From assembly GCA_040954595.2 (NCBI GenBank), contig CM082596.2:4546181-4610180 (forward strand): DNA of 64,000 nt, given 5' to 3'. The stretch is from Balanoglossus misakiensis (lineage: Eukaryota > Animalia > Hemichordata). Under the pieces are notes generated by a model. It ran no database searches. It was not told where the DNA came from and saw only the letters and a list, made by a program, of their open reading frames with translations. Both the position numbers and the translations under genes were made by a program. Of the stretch, positions 59,412-64,000 are shown piece after piece; the first letter of the stretch is position 1; the number at the start of each line of letters is the position of its first letter.

Positions 59412-59848
59412 CAGTGCAGCTTAGGAATAGCTTTCCAATTTGCTAACAACTTGCTGACACGGTGTTTATAATGAGCCAACACAGTGTTAGCCTGTGTGTT
59501 CCAAGTGTTACAAAGGTGTGAATCTGTTGGCCCTGGCACTTGGCATTGTTCAGTGTTAGCATGTGCTACAAAGGTGTTAAACCTTGGCGCACCCTATTGT
59601 TTTGGCACACAGTGTTAGCCTGTGTGTTCCAAGTGTTACAAAGGTGTGAATCTGTTGGCCCTGGCACTTGGCATTGTTCAGTGTTAGCACCTTGGCGCAC
59701 CCTATTGTTTTGGAACACCCCAGTTAAACACAAGCCCAATAGGTGCTAATTAGAGCGCCAATAGGGTGCCAACCCAGAGTTGACCCAGTGTTTAAACAGA
59801 GCTGACCCAGTGTTGGTGCAGTTGGAAAGCTATTCCTAAGCTGCACTG
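59412..59848. mobile_element. 437-bp TIR element (27-bp perfect TIRs, TA TSD) inserted in a (TATG)n microsatellite, with an internal ~128-bp tandem duplication
   Basis: TA|CAGTGCAGCTTAGGAATAGCTTTCCAA…TTGGAAAGCTATTCCTAAGCTGCACTG|TA. ACAGTGTTAGCCTGTGTGTTCCAAG… occurs at 59481 and 59609. Confidence 0.88.
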
Positions 59849-59950
59849 TATGTATGTATGTATGTATGTATGTATGTATGTATGTATGTATGTATGTATA
59901 CATATGTATGTCTGTCTGTCTATATGTCTGTCTATATGTCTGTGTATGTA
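59849..59950. repeat. (TATG)n/(TCTG)n compound microsatellite (continues left of the element at ~59369-59411)
   Basis: Direct reading. Confidence 0.9.
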
Positions 59951-61684
59951 TCAGATTATGAAAACTGAATGTACCGGTATATGTTAACGGCCACAGTTCC
60001 ATTAACAATCTGTGCTTTCGCTGGCATTCACAACACTCATAAATCACAGGAAAAAGATTGGAAAGTTATGAACATCAGTAAATGGATGTCCAGTAATTTA
60101 CCGCCGTTTCTGTCATTTTGGAATCCTACGTTTTCTTTGACTGTACAGTGACACGTTTCTTTGTCTTCTGAATAAACTAAGTAACTTAAACACACACTTC
60201 CGGTACTATCCATTGGATAACACAGAAATAAAATTCACAGAAATAAATACCATTTACTTTCTATTGATATACAGCTCTTTGATGTGAAAGTTTTATTTTG
60301 ACCAAGAACTTTGTGATTAAGAATATGTTGTCACAAACCTCTTAATCCCATTTATTCAGTGGAAGAAGGTCAACCTCAGAAGATCTAAGGTCGCAGCGAG
60401 GTCAACCTGTCTGGTGATACCACTCAGAGTGGTCACACATCACTACAGGTCATTGCGTATGCGCTAATTGCTTGCGAGCTGAATGGTCCAGAACTCGGGC
60501 TATTCGGACTTCCAGCAAGAAGCGAGCCACCCCATCCCTAACATGTGACCGTGTGAAGATCAAAATAAGCATCAAAATGTCTGTTTTCATGTTACTACAG
60601 CGCAAAGGGGTTTGACTCGACACAGTGGTCAACACTCCACGTTGCAATGAACCACCACACAAGCAAATTAACAATAGTTGCCCACCAAGATCTTAAAGCT
60701 ACACCCATGAGGATAAAAGCAGCAAAAGTAAAGGCCATACACGTCGTCCAAAAAGGTTGTTCACCCACGTTGCAAAATTCCCATGGTTACCTTCCATGAC
60801 TCAGCATTTCTCAGTTCTGAATATGACGTTGACGAGTCAACTGTTACCATGGTAATATCAGTTTTACATCCAGATACAAACAGTAAAATGTAGTTCTTTC
60901 GACAAAAACATTAGGGGGTAACTAACATCAGCTAATAATTACTAAACATACAATTTATGTATAAGCAGGCAATGAACTCATTTGCCTTATTTCGTTTATT
61001 ACTATATTTTTCTCGGTGTTGTTTACCACTCTTGTCAGACAGCCTTACTCCCAAGATGTACACTTAAAAGTTATCATCGGGATAATTCCTGACTTGCCCG
61101 ATCCATTTGTTCCCTTTAGTGTGTAATTAGCGACAGGAAACTGCCTGGCAAAAAAAATGACATCCTATTAACTCTCCAAGTATTTCTGTTGTCAAGAGGA
61201 AAAGGGGGAAAATGGCTTCGCGGTGGTCCCCCCCCCCCCTCCTCTCCCACTGAAGGACAAGAAGTGGTGTTTTCGATGACTTGAATATTTTTAGTGACAT
61301 GGCAACCGAGTTCAGCAAGTTTACAGAGCGAGAACGATCACATAACCTCAATTAGATACTGATCCAGACCCTGTGCGGTGTAAAAACTCGTCACCTTGAT
61401 GATAATGGGATTCAGGGAACTGGTTTGTGGGAGGTGCTTCCTCTACACAAGTCTCCCAACGTTGTCACAGGAGATCCGAAAAATCGTCCGGTGGAGACAA
61501 GTTTCTGATTTACGCAGGATCTGTTATGACGATTTCTACAGCTTGCTGTTCTACAAGTACCAGAGATTCTCTAAGTCAAGTAGATTTCCTGTATTTCCGT
61601 ATCTAGAATGAAGTTGCTCACTTCTAGAGGGCCTCTGATAGGACCTAAAAATACAAATAGTAACTCTGTCTCATACCACCCCTT

Positions 61685-61686
<2 letters not shown>

Positions 61687-61723
<37 letters not shown>
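61687..61723. repeat. (AAAT)n microsatellite
   Basis: Direct reading. Confidence 0.9.
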
Positions 61724-61725
<2 letters not shown>

Positions 61726-63010
61726 AGGTTTTATTTGTCAGATTGCTATCAGATTGCTATGTCTGTGCAAATCTTGAAAACAACTTGAAGAAATTGTGTT
61801 AATGTTTAACCAAGTTTTTGAGTGGAATTGGGCAAACAACAATAAACTATTTTTATTGGGTTCCAGTTGTTTATGGACACAGGGATTAGTGATGGTAACA
61901 AGCCACTGTATGGCCAATACTACAGCTCCAAAGACTTCAAACAAGAAACTGCCAGTGTGTGGGTGTATGGTCAGATAAGGTCACTGATTGACAAGACCTA
62001 CCGAGGCAGCTTTTGTTGACATGTTTACACACTTCTCTGGTGCGATATATTTGGCATCCTAGCAAAACAGTGTCTGGAATATTATTTTATCATTTCCGCC
62101 AGAGTTTGGTGTACTTGTGACCATGTTGACATTGGTTGGCCTCCATATGAATATGACAGCTCAATGTCGATGTCACTATGGCCACCATATATTGGCCTCT
62201 GTTACCATGGTCACTGCAGGTTTGCACCTTTGTTGCCATGTCTACCATAGGTCAACATCTTGGTTACCATATAGTGGGGTCTGTGATTCAAATTCTACCA
62301 CAGATTAGTGCCTGTGTTACCAATTCATAACCAATGTTAACGCACAGCAAAAATCAACTATCCAATCACATCAGACTTTCTACTTGAATCCCATCTGCCT
62401 AACATTTTCACTTCCACCATTCTATACCGAACAGAGACTTCAGAATTCTTTTTTGGAGTTCAGGCAAAAAAGAACGCTTCACTCACTCAGCAAAGCTGAG
62501 TACGTAGGCGCACATACACGCACACGCCCACGTACACGTCAACCGTATTGCGACACCACACACCACACATTATACGGAAACGTATTGTACGATAGAACGC
62601 CATGGGTTACGGCTGACGATCTACGTACAACAATGACTAACACCACCACAGAAGTATATATAAATGACATCAAATGGAAAGGCATTTTCATGTTAATGAC
62701 CGTGTTTCTATATTTGCACAGTTATGCAGGGGGGGGGGGGGGGACATTTGAATATGTTAGGGCATGATCAATGGCCTTCATTGTTAAATGCATGTGGAAT
62801 TTTAACTTTAGAAACAGTAAGGTCAAACTCCAATGGTATTGATATACAATTACATGTACTTTCAATGACCAGCACATCAGATTTTAGACAAAACTACATT
62901 CAAAACTCATAAATTTACCGAGAGCTCAGAAAAAGCCAGGAAGTGCAGAGAATTTCTGTAATACACACAAAAGTTACGATGTATGCTCATACGCTACCAT
63001 AGAGAGTAAA

Positions 63011-63073
63011 TACTGTAAAACGGGAATTTTTCACAAACTTCGCGAGAGCCAAAAAAAGACCCGTTTTACAGTA
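63011..63073. mobile_element. 63-bp minimal MITE (TA TSD, CTGTAAAACGGG TIRs)
   Basis: TA|CTGTAAAACGGG…CCCGTTTTACAG|TA. Confidence 0.8.
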
Positions 63074-64000
63074 TCATGGTTTTAACTGAGCAGGCTTAGT
63101 AAATCATCGGTCGAAATTACAATCGTTGGCTGCGTGCAGTATTTTCGCAACAGGAAGGTGGGGATTACCAGAATATGATAAATTCCAGGCCGGTCGTTCC
63201 GAGCAAGGTGACAGTCAATAGAATCGCTGTTTGGGCGGCTGAAGAGTACTGGTGACAGAGCTATGCCATTAGTTTAATACACGCTGGATGTGTACGTTGT
63301 CAAGGCTAGAACTGTTACTCACCCCCCACACGCACATTTCCACATATATGTAAAGTACCAAAGTAAGTACACTTTTAAAATTAGCTCACACCTTCCTGAA
63401 AATAAATCAAAATACATGTATGTCCAAACCCTAACTCATTTTACCAAACGTCTAGGGTTAGGCTTGCTTTCTGTCAACTAACATCATCACATCAGAGGAG
63501 GAATTATTTCAACATTATTTTGGTCAGATTTTATGTTTTTTTGCTCACTAAAATCCTGAATTTTCACCTGTCAATTAATTTCGATTTAAACCATGATTCC
63601 AGCCTCTAACAACAGTGGTCACTCTCTCTGGAAGAAGTACGACCCCCATCATCATCATCACTACCATCTTACACACAACGAGCTGAACTCCAAACTTGGC
63701 CAGTAGGAAAATACATAAACAAACACAGTAAACCCAGTACACTGACTATTATTAAAAGATTGCAATGGTACTTGGGATGCAGAGGTATTTTTATTTACAA
63801 TTAATCCCACCCTCGTGAGTGTTAAGACTAAGTTAAGAATACCTTAGATTACGTGACACAGCCAACAAATCTAAAACTCTATTTTTATGGTAAAGTTGGA
63901 CCTGTACAACAGACGAGAGAGGGTTACTTTCATGTCATAAATACTCCTACGACATGATTTTGATCAATACCGGAAATGGTGTCCTGATAGTAATCACACT

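Noticed and set aside
54756-64000. First coding exon of SPRED or additional genes
   Set aside because: No ATG-containing phase-2 exon could be identified with confidence, and the short ORFs lack domain signatures. The region is probably SPRED intron 1 with exon 1 outside the window.

Overview
Eukaryotic (invertebrate-like, intron-rich, AT-rich) genomic DNA. Bases 1-~15,850 are a near-perfect array of an 87-bp satellite (~182 copies, running off the left edge); its huge ORFs are artefacts of 87 being 29 codons. The array ends in two older, diverged monomers. It is followed by a tRNA-like Pol III A/B-box element, a 26-bp-arm hairpin and, ~1.6 kb further on, three diverged INVERTED monomers that keep the 87-bp period and a 16-bp core. 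Next, on the minus strand, is a 48-coding-exon (~2,550 aa) PME-5/TANK-1-type PARP gene (AT-hooks, many ankyrin repeats, WGR, regulatory and catalytic domains, H-Y-E triad intact; 19,408-38,600), then a SPRED gene (EVH1 + Sprouty domain; 49,035-54,755, first exon not found). Several non-autonomous DNA transposons (TTAA-, TAA- and TA-flanked MITEs) and microsatellites fill introns and intergenic DNA. All exon boundaries were read by hand from GT/AG signals and phase continuity, with no database search. The most unusual structure is the satellite boundary at 15,850-17,812.
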